Source of the DNA: Camelus ferus
Lineage: Eukaryota
Direction: 5' to 3'
Assembly (NCBI RefSeq): GCF_009834535.1
Contig: NC_045696.1
Location: 114,144,001 to 114,208,000, forward strand
DNA: 64,000 nt
Positions 63,877 to 64,000 of the stretch are shown here, piece after piece (the first letter of the stretch is position 1; every line of letters starts with the position of its first letter). Under the pieces are notes generated by a model. That model did no database searches. It was not told where the DNA came from and worked only from the letters and a program-made list of their open reading frames with translations. Both the position numbers and the translations under genes were made by a program.

Positions 63877-64000
63877 TGTTACCCCAAAAGGGGAAGGGAA
63901 AAAACCCTAGTTCTTGTCTTACCCAAAAGATAAGAATTTAGACAGAAGACGGAGTGTTGTGTAGTGAAAGATTTTGAAAGTGTTATTTAAGAAAGGGAAA
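63877..64000 (-). mobile_element. Start of an ERV1-class (MER4-group-like) LTR, cut by the window end
   Basis: TGTTACC...GTTCTTGTCTT...AAGAATT...AGTGAAAG...TTATTTAAGAAAG pattern. Confidence 0.55.

Noticed and set aside
1..64000. CRISPR array, operon or novel multi-gene system
   Set aside because: The sequence is repeat-rich mammalian non-coding DNA with no regularly spaced repeat-spacer array and no intact long ORFs.

Overview
Mammalian genomic DNA, most likely from a camelid (alpaca, llama or camel). The assignment rests on three tRNA-Ala-like Vic-1-type SINEs and cetartiodactyl-type L1 3' ends. The window is AT-rich, CpG-poor and dominated by repeats. It holds one decayed full-length L1 (34.1-40.5 kb) inserted into MER33, one internally deleted L1 (8.8-11.0 kb), many 5'-truncated L1s, an unusually long L2 (17.6-22.3 kb), L3/CR1, MIRs, MaLR/ERVL/ERV1 solo LTRs and hAT MITEs. 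I cannot support any protein-coding exon, and the ORF track is explained by L1 ORF2 remnants, microsatellites or chance. I found no convincing new multi-gene system. The best observations are structural: (1) a ~95-bp templated insertion copied from 1.2 kb upstream into an L1 5'UTR; (2) a diverged, duplicated ~160-bp module just upstream of the L2 endonuclease start; (3) a SINE-L1 chimera under one target-site duplication (TSD); (4) two L1 insertions that coincide with deletions of the host element; (5) a uniform minus orientation of the MaLR LTRs, hinting at an intron of a + strand gene; (6) a CpG-retaining, motif-dense candidate enhancer at about 28.5 kb. Repeat subfamily names come from recalled consensus sequences, not a database search, and most boundaries are approximate.
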